DNA of 64,000 nucleotides from Acidobacteriota bacterium (GTDB lineage Bacteria; Acidobacteriota; UBA890; WLXD01): NCBI GenBank assembly GCA_965205505.1, contig CBDBHB010000008.1, positions 1,184,001 through 1,248,000 on the forward strand, given 5' to 3'. Within the stretch, counting starts at the first letter, position 1, and every line of letters begins with the position of its first letter. Below are positions 49,035-61,401 of the stretch, piece after piece. The notes under the pieces were generated by a model. The model did no database searches. It was not told where the DNA came from and saw nothing but the letters and a program-made list of their open reading frames with translations. The translations under genes were made by a program, and so were the position numbers.

Positions 49035-50324
49035 TCAGTGCCAGTCGATCCGATGCGCGCTGGCAATCGCTTCGATGCGTGCGGGTGGGACGCCTGCTGT
49101 GGCGGCGAACTGCGTCCACCGCGCCACCGTCGTCGATACCTGGTCGAGGATCGCCCGCGCTTGACCTCGCCGCAGCAGGGCGAGCTTGCCGACGGCCTCG
49201 AAGTCGGCCGCCTCGAAGCCGTCGCGCTTGCCGTTGAGGCTCATCTGCTGCTCGGCAGTCCACGCCCCGTCCGGGTTGTAGCTGTAGGTGACGTCGAAGG
49301 CCGGGGCGAGCCACCAGTTGCCGGCCCGGTCCATCAGGAACGCAATGTTCTTGACGTGATCGTCCTGGTTGCGCGCCACGATGTTGAACACCATGCGCCG
49401 AAACATCTGCTCGCGGCTGGCCGCGGGTAGATCGAGTCGCGCCACTACCTCGAACGCCTGCTCGTACGAGTGTGCTCCGGCAAGATTGAAGTCGTAGTGG
49501 GTAATCGCTCCCAGCGACTGCATGTGGAGCTTGTGCCCGGCCGCAGTCCGGTCGAAGCGGCGCGTGAGGAAATGATGTCGCGGCCCTTCGTCGAGGACCC
49601 GGCACTCGGCCATCTCGATGCCCGCCTCGACCGCCATGAGGTGATACGCGTATTCGATCAGACCGTAGCCGGGGGGGTCCTCAAGCTCCCTATCCCGGTT
49701 GCCGGCGACACCATCGAACTTCAGGATCCAGTGAGAAAAGCCAACAGGCGCATCGAGCTGCCCGGACCGCACCTCGCCGGTGTCGGGATTCCACGTGATC
49801 ACCGCCTTGGCGCGGGCGCCACCTGCCGAAGTACCGACGCGCAGGATCTGCCCCAACCCGTCGGCGTCGAGCACATGCGCGAGATCCTGCCGTTGCGAAA
49901 GCACCGCGCTTGCCAGCTCGACGAGATGGTCCACTTGGAGTCTCTCGTCCGCCGTGGCGCTGGGACCGAGCACCGGTCGGAACTCCAGCGCACCCATCCC
50001 ACGTCGACCCACGTAGCAGAGTCGCTCGACGGCATGGAAGTCGGCCGCGGCGCGCCCTTGTGCGGCCAGCCAGGCGTCGATCAGCGCGTTGCCGAAGAGG
50101 TCGGGCAGGGAGTCGGCCAGCAGACCAGGCAGCCCTTGGAAGGTCTCCCGCGACAAACCAGGGAACGAGTAGATCCTCGCACCCAGCGGCATCGTCAGCG
50201 GCGCGACTTGAATCCCACTGGCACGGAACGCCTCGGCATACTCGAAAAACGCCAACGCCTGGCCGGGGTCCCACGAAACCGCGCCCACCGTTCGACCCCA
50301 GAGACGGACCTCGGCGAGGGTCAC
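49035..50324 (-). CDS. hipA: HipA family toxin kinase
   Basis: Couple_hipA N-domain, SAGGARAK, RRFDR, NQDDHVKN, LAPAFD. Confidence 0.93.
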   Translation of the reverse strand: MTLAEVRLWGRTVGAVSWDPGQALAFFEYAEAFRASGIQVAPLTMPLGARIYSFPGLSRETFQGLPGLLADSLPDLFGNALIDAWLAAQGRAAADFHAVERLCYVGRRGMGALEFRPVLGPSATADERLQVDHLVELASAVLSQRQDLAHVLDADGLGQILRVGTSAGGARAKAVITWNPDTGEVRSGQLDAPVGFSHWILKFDGVAGNRDRELEDPPGYGLIEYAYHLMAVEAGIEMAECRVLDEGPRHHFLTRRFDRTAAGHKLHMQSLGAITHYDFNLAGAHSYEQAFEVVARLDLPAASREQMFRRMVFNIVARNQDDHVKNIAFLMDRAGNWWLAPAFDVTYSYNPDGAWTAEQQMSLNGKRDGFEAADFEAVGKLALLRRGQARAILDQVSTTVARWTQFAATAGVPPARIEAIASAHRIDWH

Positions 50325-50677
50325 CTCTCGTCACCCCATGTCCAGAGCTTGGCGGACAGCGCCTGATCGGAGCTCACGGAACCACGTGAGGCGCGCTGCT
50401 TGCGACGACCCATTGTCCGCAGCTGCAACATCGGGCTGACCGGCGGCTCGGGCACCAGCCCATCGAGGTTGCCGACCAGGTCGAGCGCCCGCAGCACCCG
50501 CAACAGATTCGTCAGGCTCGTCGACCTGCCGCGCTCGAGCCGCGAGACGGTCGGTACCGACACGCCAGCCTCCTCGGCCAGCCTCTCCTGAGACCAATCG
50601 CGGTTCAGCCGCTGCCGCGCAAGCCGCTCCCCTAGCCGCGCCAGAATCACCGTGTCGGATTCTGCAGATCGATACAT
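50321..50677 (-). CDS. XRE/HipB-like HTH antitoxin
   Basis: SQERLAEEAGVSVPTVSRLERG; overlaps the hipA start. Confidence 0.88.
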   Translation of the reverse strand: MYRSAESDTVILARLGERLARQRLNRDWSQERLAEEAGVSVPTVSRLERGRSTSLTNLLRVLRALDLVGNLDGLVPEPPVSPMLQLRTMGRRKQRASRGSVSSDQALSAKLWTWGDER

Positions 50678-50686
50678 AACAACTCA

Positions 50687-50715
50687 ATTATGATTATTTA
50701 ATTAACTTTAGTCAA
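50687..50715 (-). promoter_or_regulatory. Sigma70 promoter of the hip operon
   Basis: TTGACT-17 bp-CATAAT in an AT-rich patch. Confidence 0.7.
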
Positions 50716-50723
50716 TTAATAAA

Positions 50724-53513
<2,790 letters not shown>

Positions 53514-53643
53514 GGGGTCGATTCTAGCGCAGGGACCCGGCACCGGGGTGATGCACGCAACCACGTCGCAGTAAGGGCCCCCTGCTCCGATGACCGGGCG
53601 TTCTGATAGCCACCCCCCCTAACCCCGCCGTCTCGGGCAGCAC

Positions 53644-53786
53644 TCAGGCGAATAGACCTTTCAGGCGCCTCAGGCAACTGCCCCAGCCCTGCTCGTGCGC
53701 GCTGGTGGCCGCGTTGTTCGGGAACCCCTCTTGCGTGATCACCACCTCGGTGGATCCGCCCATGTCGTTGAGCTCGATCGTCACCA
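53644..53786 (-). pseudogene. SRPBCC C-terminal fragment
   Basis: VTIELNDMGGSTEVVITQEGF...HEQGWGSCL; abuts the truncated MITE. Confidence 0.6.
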
Positions 53787-53917
53787 AGGGGGTTGCGCGC
53801 GTATGCTGTGTCGTTCGTCGTCAACGATGGGGTAACCATCGCCTCCTCCTTTCTCCTTGCCTCCCCCTCGCAAGACCCTGTCGCCAGGCCCGCCACACTT
53901 CCACCACGGCCTGCTAG
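53787..53917. mobile_element. Truncated MITE (right part with terminal IR)
   Basis: Closely similar to 61272-61401; ends CCACCACGGCCTGCTAG. Confidence 0.75.
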
Positions 53918-55335
53918 CGTACGCGCTCGAACCAAAGGTCGACGACGCGCCCGGCATCGAGCTCGAAGCCGCTGACGCGTCCAGACGAGGCGCGCTCGAA
54001 GCGGAACGCCACCGGCCATTCCTGGGCACGCATGCTATCGGGGCCCTCCGAGGCCAAGCGATCGCGCAGGCGGAGCGGAATCTCCCAGAACAGCTCGCCC
54101 TCCTCGATCTCAAGCACGTAGGTCACGCGTAGCTCGGGGCTCACGTAGCGCCCCTCGAAGTCACGTAGCTCCGCAACCGAGAGCGCGAACTCTGCCGGTC
54201 TGGGCGCCTCCGCCTCGACGGCAGCATCGGGTCCGCGCACACCCAGCTCGTCGGCCAGATACACGTCGGCCACCCGGCGCCCGAGCTCTGATGGGTTGGC
54301 GGTGGAGACATTGCAAAGAACGACGGCGGTGAAGCGGTGCTCGGGAAACCGCAGGATATCGGCACGGAAACCGACGAACGATCCACCGTGACTCACCAGG
54401 CGCGCGCCCCGATAGCTGCCATCGGTGATGCCGGCCGAGTACTCGACGGGCTCGCCGCTGGCCAGGGCGCCGGGTTGCAGCCAGCGCAGAATGAGCTCGG
54501 GCGACCCGGACCCGAGGCGGTTGTCGTAGAAGTTCCGGTCCCAAGCGAGCAGATCGTTGATGGTGGTGAACACGCCGCCATCACCCACGATCGGCAGCGT
54601 GGTCATGCTGACCGTGAACTCGTCGTCGACGGGCGCATAGCCGCTGGCGCGGTTCGGTACCAGCCGGGTGTGCTCGTCGTGGAAATGTGTCTGGCTCATT
54701 CCGAGCGGCGCGAAGATGCGTTCACCGGCGACTGCCGCCAAGCTCTGCCCGGTGACGCGCTCGACGATCTCGCCGAGCAGGAAGTACCCGGAGTTCGAGT
54801 ACAGATGCTCAGCGCCTGGTAGGAAGTTGAGATCGCGCTGACGCGCCAGCATCGCCAGGAGATCGGCCGCCGAATAGTAGTCGGCGTCGCGGTACCCGGC
54901 GAGCGCCATGAGGGTCAGATAATCGCGGATACCGCTGGTGTGATGGAGCAGCTGCCCGACCGAGATTTGGTCACCGAAACCACGCAGCTCCGAAATCCAC
55001 TGGCGAACGGGATCGTCGAGCGACAATCGGCCTTCTTCGGCCAGCAAGAGTACGATCATCGCCGTGAATTGCTTACTCACCGAGCCGGTTCTAAACACCG
55101 TGTCGGCATTGATCGGAACGGAGTGCTCGAGGTTGGCCATTCCATAGCCGCGACGGTAGATAAACTCACCATCGCGAATCATCCCGAGGGCGCAGCCCGG
55201 TGTTTGATCGCCATACGCGGCAAAGACCGCATCGACCTCGGGCATCGCCCCGGTCAGCGGTCGATCTACGGGAGCCGCGCAGCCAGTCACACACGCAAGC
55301 AGCGCAGCGCTCGGCACGAGGCGCCGCCAGGCCAC
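53914..55335 (-). CDS. Serine hydrolase (beta-lactamase family) lipoprotein
   Basis: TGC lipobox, GSVSKQF, YSNSGY, HGGS. Confidence 0.92.
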   Translation of the reverse strand: MAWRRLVPSAALLACVTGCAAPVDRPLTGAMPEVDAVFAAYGDQTPGCALGMIRDGEFIYRRGYGMANLEHSVPINADTVFRTGSVSKQFTAMIVLLLAEEGRLSLDDPVRQWISELRGFGDQISVGQLLHHTSGIRDYLTLMALAGYRDADYYSAADLLAMLARQRDLNFLPGAEHLYSNSGYFLLGEIVERVTGQSLAAVAGERIFAPLGMSQTHFHDEHTRLVPNRASGYAPVDDEFTVSMTTLPIVGDGGVFTTINDLLAWDRNFYDNRLGSGSPELILRWLQPGALASGEPVEYSAGITDGSYRGARLVSHGGSFVGFRADILRFPEHRFTAVVLCNVSTANPSELGRRVADVYLADELGVRGPDAAVEAEAPRPAEFALSVAELRDFEGRYVSPELRVTYVLEIEEGELFWEIPLRLRDRLASEGPDSMRAQEWPVAFRFERASSGRVSGFELDAGRVVDLWFERVR

Positions 55336-56258
55336 TAACGACTGCGCGCCCGGAGATTCCGGCGCAACTCGTCCGGCTCCGGCAAGATCCCCCTCCAGAC
55401 CTCCACCGTCTCACCATCGCGCAGATACACGAGCTGCGGAACCGACCCCTCGCCGGTGACACGGATGAAGGTTTGGGGAGGCAGAACCTGGACCGGCATC
55501 TGTAAGTCGTAGCGCTCGCGGTAGCTGTTCACGTCCGATCCGGATGTCTCGTAGGTGAGGCCGACGACCGGCGGCAATGCTCCGTCCTTGGTGTATTCAG
55601 ACACGCGGGGGCTCATCGCTGCGCAGTGCGGGCATTCGTGATGGAACAGATATAGCAGGTGCTCCCCGCGCGCGAGGTCAACCTCGCGCATGTCCATGGT
55701 CCTGCCGAGCGCCGCCGCCGATGCGCCGCTCGGACCGCTCGTGTAATTCACGAAGCTCATACCGAGCGCCGTGACAGAGGCGATCGCAAGCGCCGCTGCC
55801 CGCCAGTCGGTGCGCGGGCGGGCCGCAGGTGTCGAGACGCACACCCCTAGGGCAATCCCCATGAACGCCAGGTCCATCAGGAAGGCGTCGCGCGGCTCAC
55901 GCTCCATCATGGGGCCAAAGCAGCCACACTCATCGAGCGTTCCGGCCGCCCATCCGTAACCGACAGCAACGAGAAACACTGCCATGAGGGCAGCCGCCGC
56001 CGTGGCCGCCAACCGCACTTGCCAGCGCAACAGCAACATCACTCCCACGCCGACCTCTATGGCCGGAAGCAACAGGGCAACCGGTGTTCGCATCCAGCCG
56101 GGCACGCCGTAGCCGCCGAGCGAGCCGAGAAAGCTCCACGGGTCGAGCACCTTGGCAATACCTGCGACCACGAACAATAGGCCGAGGATCACTGGCCCGA
56201 ATGACCGAATCAGGTTCACCCATGCGGGTCCGGACGATGAGGCCTTGTTTGATGGCAT
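55335..56258 (-). CDS. MauE/DoxX membrane domain fused to a thioredoxin-like domain
   Basis: FVVAGIAK, ECGCFG, CPHC. Confidence 0.8.
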   Translation of the reverse strand: MPSNKASSSGPAWVNLIRSFGPVILGLLFVVAGIAKVLDPWSFLGSLGGYGVPGWMRTPVALLLPAIEVGVGVMLLLRWQVRLAATAAAALMAVFLVAVGYGWAAGTLDECGCFGPMMEREPRDAFLMDLAFMGIALGVCVSTPAARPRTDWRAAALAIASVTALGMSFVNYTSGPSGASAAALGRTMDMREVDLARGEHLLYLFHHECPHCAAMSPRVSEYTKDGALPPVVGLTYETSGSDVNSYRERYDLQMPVQVLPPQTFIRVTGEGSVPQLVYLRDGETVEVWRGILPEPDELRRNLRARSR

Positions 56259-56273
56259 AGCAGTTACCCCTGG

Positions 56274-58130
56274 CTACCAGGCTATTCCGTAGTCCTCGCC
56301 GTGATGGCTCGAACCACCCCAGAAGGTACCGTGTTCCCAGTCGACGAACACGGCGTTGATCGGCCCCGACGTGCGCTCACGCTCGACGAGCGCGTAACCC
56401 ATGCGTTGCAGCTCGTCACGGACCCACGGCGGCGTGGCCGATTGGATCAGCAACCGCCCAGGGCTCGACTCGTGCTCGGCGAACGATCCTTGCATCTGGA
56501 AGCTGTTGATATTGGGTGCTTCCACCGCCTGCTGCACATCCATTCCCCATTCCACGAAGTTGAGGAAGAACTGCAGCAGGTTCTGATCCTGGCCGTCACC
56601 TCCCTGAACCGCGAACGACAGGTAGGGCCGACCATCCTTGAGCGCCATGCCCGGTGTCAAGGTAGCGCGTGGACGCTTCCCCGGCTCCACCACGTTGTAG
56701 GGGTTCTGCGCCGCGTCCAACACGAAGCTCTGCATTCGCTGGCTCATGCCGATGCCGGTTCGACCGGCGATTACTGCCGGGATCCATCCACCGCTGGGCG
56801 TGATCGAAACCACCCAGCCATCGGCGTCGATCGCCTGGATGGAAGTCGTGCCGGCGTAGAAGTCGTCCTCGAATTCGGCCATGGCCGCGGCGCCTGCATC
56901 GGGGTCGATCGTCGAACCGCCCCAGCTCTCCAGGTAGCGGCGGAAGGGGTTCTCGCCACCCTGGAACGGGTACGGATCGCCGGGCTTCACCGACTCGTTG
57001 TTGCGCTCCCAGTCGATTTCGGCGACGCGCTGGGCGGCGTAGTCTTTCGAAAGCAAACCGTCGATCGGCTCGGCGGGCGGGAAGTAGGGATCGCCGTAGT
57101 AGAAATCGCGATCCGCGAAGGCCATGTTCATTACCTGGTAGAGCGTGTGTATGTAGCGCGCGCTGTTGTACCCCATGGCCTTCAGATCGAGATTCTCGAG
57201 CATATTCAGCGCCTGCAACATGACCGGCCCTTGTACCCAGGTCGTGAGCTTGTAGACCTCGATGCCCTTGTAGTCGACCGAAACGGGCTCCTCGAGATAG
57301 ACCTCCCAGTTGGCGAGATCCTCGAGCGTGTGCAGGCCGCCCATCTTCTGTGAGCCGCGCACGAACTCCGCGGCAATGTCGCCGCGATAGAAACGCTCGT
57401 ACGCAGCCTGGATGGCCTGCTCGCGGGAAGCTCCGCCGATGAGGGCCTCGGCTTCGGCGTCGACCATCTTGCGGAGCGTCACCGCCAGGTCCTCCTGCCT
57501 GAAGATCTCGCCGGCGTACGGGGCGGCGCGATCGCCCTCGCCCAGGTGCGGCAGGAACACCTTCTTGGAGTAGGGCCACTGTTGTAGGCGTTCCTTCTCA
57601 CTTTCGATCGAGTTGGCGGCCTGCTCCTCGATCGGATATCCATCGGCCATCTCGATCGCCGGCGCCAGCACCTGAGCCAGGCTCATGGTCCCGAATTGCT
57701 CGAGCATCACCAGCAAACCGCCCGGCGTGCCCGGTGTGACCGCGGCGTGCACGCCGTACTCCGGCGGGTAGTCCATTCCCTCGCCCTTGAAGAAGTCGGG
57801 AGTAGCCCCAGTAGGCGCGACGCCGAGCGCGTTGACGCCGACGACCTTCTTGTTGCGCGGATCGTAAATCAGCGCCTGGGTCTCGCCTCCCCAACCGAGG
57901 ACGTCCCACATCGTCGCGGTTGCAGCAAGCATGGCGCATGCCGCATCAACGGCGTTGCCGCCCTGCTGGAAGATCATTGCACCGGCAGTGGCGGCCAACG
58001 GCTTACCGGTGATCGCTACCCAGTGACGACCATGCAGCACGGGCTTGGCAGTGCGTTGTGCCTGGCTGGGGCTGGCCAGCGTCAGAGCGGCAATGAGAAC
58101 GACGGCGACGGCGAGTCGAGGGTTGCGCAT
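56274..58130 (-). CDS. Gamma-glutamyltransferase family protein
   Basis: GGNAVDAA, FYRGDIA, GTTSIQAID, PGKRP. Confidence 0.92.
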   Translation of the reverse strand: MRNPRLAVAVVLIAALTLASPSQAQRTAKPVLHGRHWVAITGKPLAATAGAMIFQQGGNAVDAACAMLAATATMWDVLGWGGETQALIYDPRNKKVVGVNALGVAPTGATPDFFKGEGMDYPPEYGVHAAVTPGTPGGLLVMLEQFGTMSLAQVLAPAIEMADGYPIEEQAANSIESEKERLQQWPYSKKVFLPHLGEGDRAAPYAGEIFRQEDLAVTLRKMVDAEAEALIGGASREQAIQAAYERFYRGDIAAEFVRGSQKMGGLHTLEDLANWEVYLEEPVSVDYKGIEVYKLTTWVQGPVMLQALNMLENLDLKAMGYNSARYIHTLYQVMNMAFADRDFYYGDPYFPPAEPIDGLLSKDYAAQRVAEIDWERNNESVKPGDPYPFQGGENPFRRYLESWGGSTIDPDAGAAAMAEFEDDFYAGTTSIQAIDADGWVVSITPSGGWIPAVIAGRTGIGMSQRMQSFVLDAAQNPYNVVEPGKRPRATLTPGMALKDGRPYLSFAVQGGDGQDQNLLQFFLNFVEWGMDVQQAVEAPNINSFQMQGSFAEHESSPGRLLIQSATPPWVRDELQRMGYALVERERTSGPINAVFVDWEHGTFWGGSSHHGEDYGIAW

Positions 58131-58160
58131 GGCAGTCCTTGTCTTGGGCCCGTTTTCAGC

Positions 58161-58201
58161 TGCAACGAAACGAGCCTGTTGTGTTGCGACGAAACGAGCC
58201 T
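58161..58201. repeat. Two 17-bp direct repeats, 24-bp period
   Basis: TGCAACGAAACGAGCCT / TGCGACGAAACGAGCCT. Confidence 0.7.
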
Positions 58202-58231
58202 ACCGCCCCGTGTCCGACGGCGTCGAGGGGA

Positions 58232-58777
58232 TCAGTCGGAATCGATCTCCACAACCATCTCGATCTCGACCGGGATGTTACGTGGTAGCGACCCCATCCC
58301 GACGGCGGCTCGCGCATGTCGGCCGCGGTCACCGAAGACCTCGATCAAGAAATCCGATGCGCCGTTGATCACCTCGGGCTGCTGACCAAAGCCCTCGACC
58401 GCGTTCACCATCCCGAACAAGCGGACGATGCGGCGCACGCGACCAAGGTCGCCGATCTCCTGCTTGAGCGAAGCCAGCAACGCCACCGCTGTGAGGCGCG
58501 CCGCTTCATACCCTTGCTCGATGCTCAGGTCGGATCCTACCCGGCCCGTTACGAACATCCCGTCGGCCCTTGTCGGGCCGTGGCCGGCCAGAAAGACCAG
58601 GTTGCCTGTGGTCACCGCATGCACGTAGTTGGCTACTGGCGCCGCCGGGGCGCCCAGCTCGATACCGAGCGACCTCAAACGAGCCTCAGGATCGTAGTCC
58701 TCCTGAGCCACCGCAGGCACCACAGCCAGCGCAGTAATCGCCACCAGGAAAGGAGCTGCGCCAGTTAGCTTGATCAT
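58232..58777 (-). CDS. RidA/YjgF family protein with signal peptide
   Basis: VANYV, FLAGHGP, INGASD, HARAAVG, VEIE. Confidence 0.9.
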   Translation of the reverse strand: MIKLTGAAPFLVAITALAVVPAVAQEDYDPEARLRSLGIELGAPAAPVANYVHAVTTGNLVFLAGHGPTRADGMFVTGRVGSDLSIEQGYEAARLTAVALLASLKQEIGDLGRVRRIVRLFGMVNAVEGFGQQPEVINGASDFLIEVFGDRGRHARAAVGMGSLPRNIPVEIEMVVEIDSD

Positions 58778-58854
58778 CGTCTTACCTTGTCCTCGTGGTT
58801 GGATGCTGTGATTCCGTCATCGTGATTAGGCCACCTGCGTTGGACTTCGTCCAG

Positions 58855-59418
58855 CTACACTGCCTGGCGACCGATCGCCGCATCACGTTCGCGCCACAAC
58901 AGCAGGGCAGCGAATCCAGGCAGGAATGCAACACACCAGTAGACGAAGCTGCGCCAGTACAACGGTCCCGGCTCGTGGGTGCCTAGCCAGATATCGGAGA
59001 TCAACCAGAACCCGAGCCCCGCGAGCAACGCGGCAAGCACGCCCCGCGTAACGGTGCGCGAGCTGGTCTCGGCGCCACCGCCGCTTGCGTTACCCACGAG
59101 GGCAAGCGCCACCCAGAGCCCCATCCAGGCGACCAGCATCGCGCTGACGCCAATGACCGGAAAGAGCAGGTAGAAGAGCGCCGCTGACAGCACCCCGACT
59201 AAAAGGCCTGCCAGCGCTGCGAAGCCACTTCGCCCGCCGCCCATAGCCCGGGAAAGCACCAGACCCATGACGGCGAGCAGCAAGCCGCCGTGCACCAGTC
59301 CATAGAAAGCACGGTGCTCGGGGATCGCGGCGGCCCAGAAGGCATCGGCGAAGGTGCTCGTCGCCGCCATCGCAGCGGTGGCGATCAGGCTCTCGCGAAG
59401 TTCGCTAATTGCGCCCAT
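58855..59418 (-). CDS. Hypothetical membrane protein
   Basis: About six hydrophobic segments. Confidence 0.65.
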   Translation of the reverse strand: MGAISELRESLIATAAMAATSTFADAFWAAAIPEHRAFYGLVHGGLLLAVMGLVLSRAMGGGRSGFAALAGLLVGVLSAALFYLLFPVIGVSAMLVAWMGLWVALALVGNASGGGAETSSRTVTRGVLAALLAGLGFWLISDIWLGTHEPGPLYWRSFVYWCVAFLPGFAALLLWRERDAAIGRQAV

Positions 59419-59462
59419 CTTGCTGGCTCCCGGCCGGCCATGATGCAACTGTGGCTGGCCTG

Positions 59463-60827
59463 CTAGTGGATCAGGTGTAGCTCCGTCTGCCGTCGCAGGG
59501 CCCAGCGCCGATCTCCCGACGGTGTGACCTCGGCTTCCTCCTCCATCATCATCCGAACCGGCTGTCCATCCCATTCCGGAACCGGCGTCGTGACCTGTAA
59601 CTCGGTGGAGAACCACATATTCGCCAGCACCGATACGTCGCCGCGTCCCGGCACGCCTTCCTGGCGGTCCCACAGGCCGATCAACGGACCGGCGCCATGG
59701 CCGTGATCGCCAATTGGGTGCGTGTACATGGTGCCGTTGAGCCCCTCCGAACGCATGCGCTCGAGCACGCTATAGAGCACTTCGTTGCCGGACCGACCGA
59801 CGCGCATCTCGTCCAGAAGAATGTCCTGCAGTCGCGCGCTGTTGTCCAGCGCCTGCTGGAGCCCGGCTGGCGCCTCGGTCTCGCCTTCTCGCAGCACGTA
59901 GCCCATGTGCTGGGTATCGGTGTTGAGGCCCATCACGGTGATACCGAAATCCGTGTGCAGTACGTCACCGGGCTCGATCACCGGGTCCCCGCCGAGGCTG
60001 TCGTCCTTGAACCCACGGCGCTGAATGCTCACGGAAGGCTGGAACCAGGTCCCGAAGCCGAGATCATGGACACGCTGGCGCATCCACCACACCACCTCTT
60101 GTGTGCTCGTCACCCCCGGTGTGATCACCGCGCTGGAAAACGCCGCGCCGATGATCTCGTGAACATACGCCTGCATGCGCCGGTACACCGGGGTCATGCC
60201 AGGGACGCGCAGGGCCAGGTAGTCGATCGCCAGACGCGGGTTCGGGACAACGCGCCCGACGAGCTCGGGTCCGAGCGCCGCCTGCATCTGCTCCCACTCC
60301 CCCGCGGTCATGCCGTCGGCGAAGTTATGCTCATGGGAAATATTGACGGCGATCACCCGGGGATCACGCTCGCGGATCAGATCGGCCAGTAATGTCCACT
60401 GCGACGAACCCCAAAGCTCAGCCTGAACGCCCTCGCGACTCGTGGCGAGGTTGGCACGATGCGCCTCGTAGAGCCCGCCCTGTGAGCCGCCGCCGAGCGC
60501 CAACAATTCCACGCCGCCTTCCGGACCGCGGTCGGTGAAGACATAGATCGTGCGTCGTCGGGCCGCAAAGCTCGTTGGTGCTACGAGAGCACGGAACACC
60601 GGGTCTTCGTTGTACTCACGCATCGGCACGACCCACATGTCGACGCCGTGATCACGCATCACCTTTGGCAAGTTGACCGCGACTCGCTCCTTTACCCACG
60701 CCTGTTGGATCTCCGCTTGCTCGCGCAGCGTCCCGAAAGGCCGGTTGGGACGAAAGCTCGGCCCCTGAGACAGCAGCATCGGGAGCGCAGCGGCGAGGGC
60801 AAGCGTGAGGGCGGCGAAACGGGTCAT
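59463..60827 (-). CDS. M24 family metallopeptidase
   Basis: HTDFG, TDTQ, THPIG, STE, EEE. Confidence 0.88.
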   Translation of the reverse strand: MTRFAALTLALAAALPMLLSQGPSFRPNRPFGTLREQAEIQQAWVKERVAVNLPKVMRDHGVDMWVVPMREYNEDPVFRALVAPTSFAARRRTIYVFTDRGPEGGVELLALGGGSQGGLYEAHRANLATSREGVQAELWGSSQWTLLADLIRERDPRVIAVNISHEHNFADGMTAGEWEQMQAALGPELVGRVVPNPRLAIDYLALRVPGMTPVYRRMQAYVHEIIGAAFSSAVITPGVTSTQEVVWWMRQRVHDLGFGTWFQPSVSIQRRGFKDDSLGGDPVIEPGDVLHTDFGITVMGLNTDTQHMGYVLREGETEAPAGLQQALDNSARLQDILLDEMRVGRSGNEVLYSVLERMRSEGLNGTMYTHPIGDHGHGAGPLIGLWDRQEGVPGRGDVSVLANMWFSTELQVTTPVPEWDGQPVRMMMEEEAEVTPSGDRRWALRRQTELHLIH

Positions 60828-61039
60828 CGAAGTCCTCGGGGTCGACGTTGAGAGTCATCGGCACCCTGGCAGTGGGCCGCCGACGGCCTATGCGCCTGCT
60901 ATCCAATCGCGCCTTGCCGCGACGTGCAATCGGGGGGCCAGCTGTAGCGTCTCTGAAGACAACCGATAATCCGGGGCGAAACGGGGCTCGGTATGGCCTC
61001 GTGTCTGCCGCAAGTGACAGCGCCCGGTGTCTCGGCCTG

Positions 61040-61401
61040 CTAGCAGGCCGTGGTGAAAGTGTGGTGGGTCTGGTTACGGCGAGTTGGGGCCAGATGCAAG
61101 GCAGCCTGACACAGGCGATGCCCTAGCAGGCCGTGGTGGAAGTGTGGCGGGCCTGGTTACGGCGAGTTGGGGCCAGTTGGACGGCGGCCTGACGCTGGCG
61201 ATGCTCTAGCCATCGTCGAAGGAAGGCCAACACCGCAGATGGCCCCAAATCGCCGTCACCCTTCGGGCGACAGGGGGTTGCGCGCGTATCCTGCGTCGTT
61301 CCTCGTCAACGATGGCGTAACCATCGCCTCCTCCTCTCTCCTTGCTTGCACTTCGCAAGACCCTGTCGCCAGACCCACCACATTTCACCACGGCCTGCTA
61401 G
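61040..61401. mobile_element. CTAG-bounded MITE with a duplicated 83-bp left end
   Basis: TIR CTAGCAGGCCGTGGTG(A/G)AAGTGTGG... at 61040 and 61123; inverse at 61369-61401; no transposase. Confidence 0.8.

Noticed and set aside
61040-61209. 83-bp tandem units as a mini-CRISPR or tRNA
   Set aside because: The whole unit is repeated with no unique spacers, it matches MITE terminal repeats, and no cloverleaf is evident
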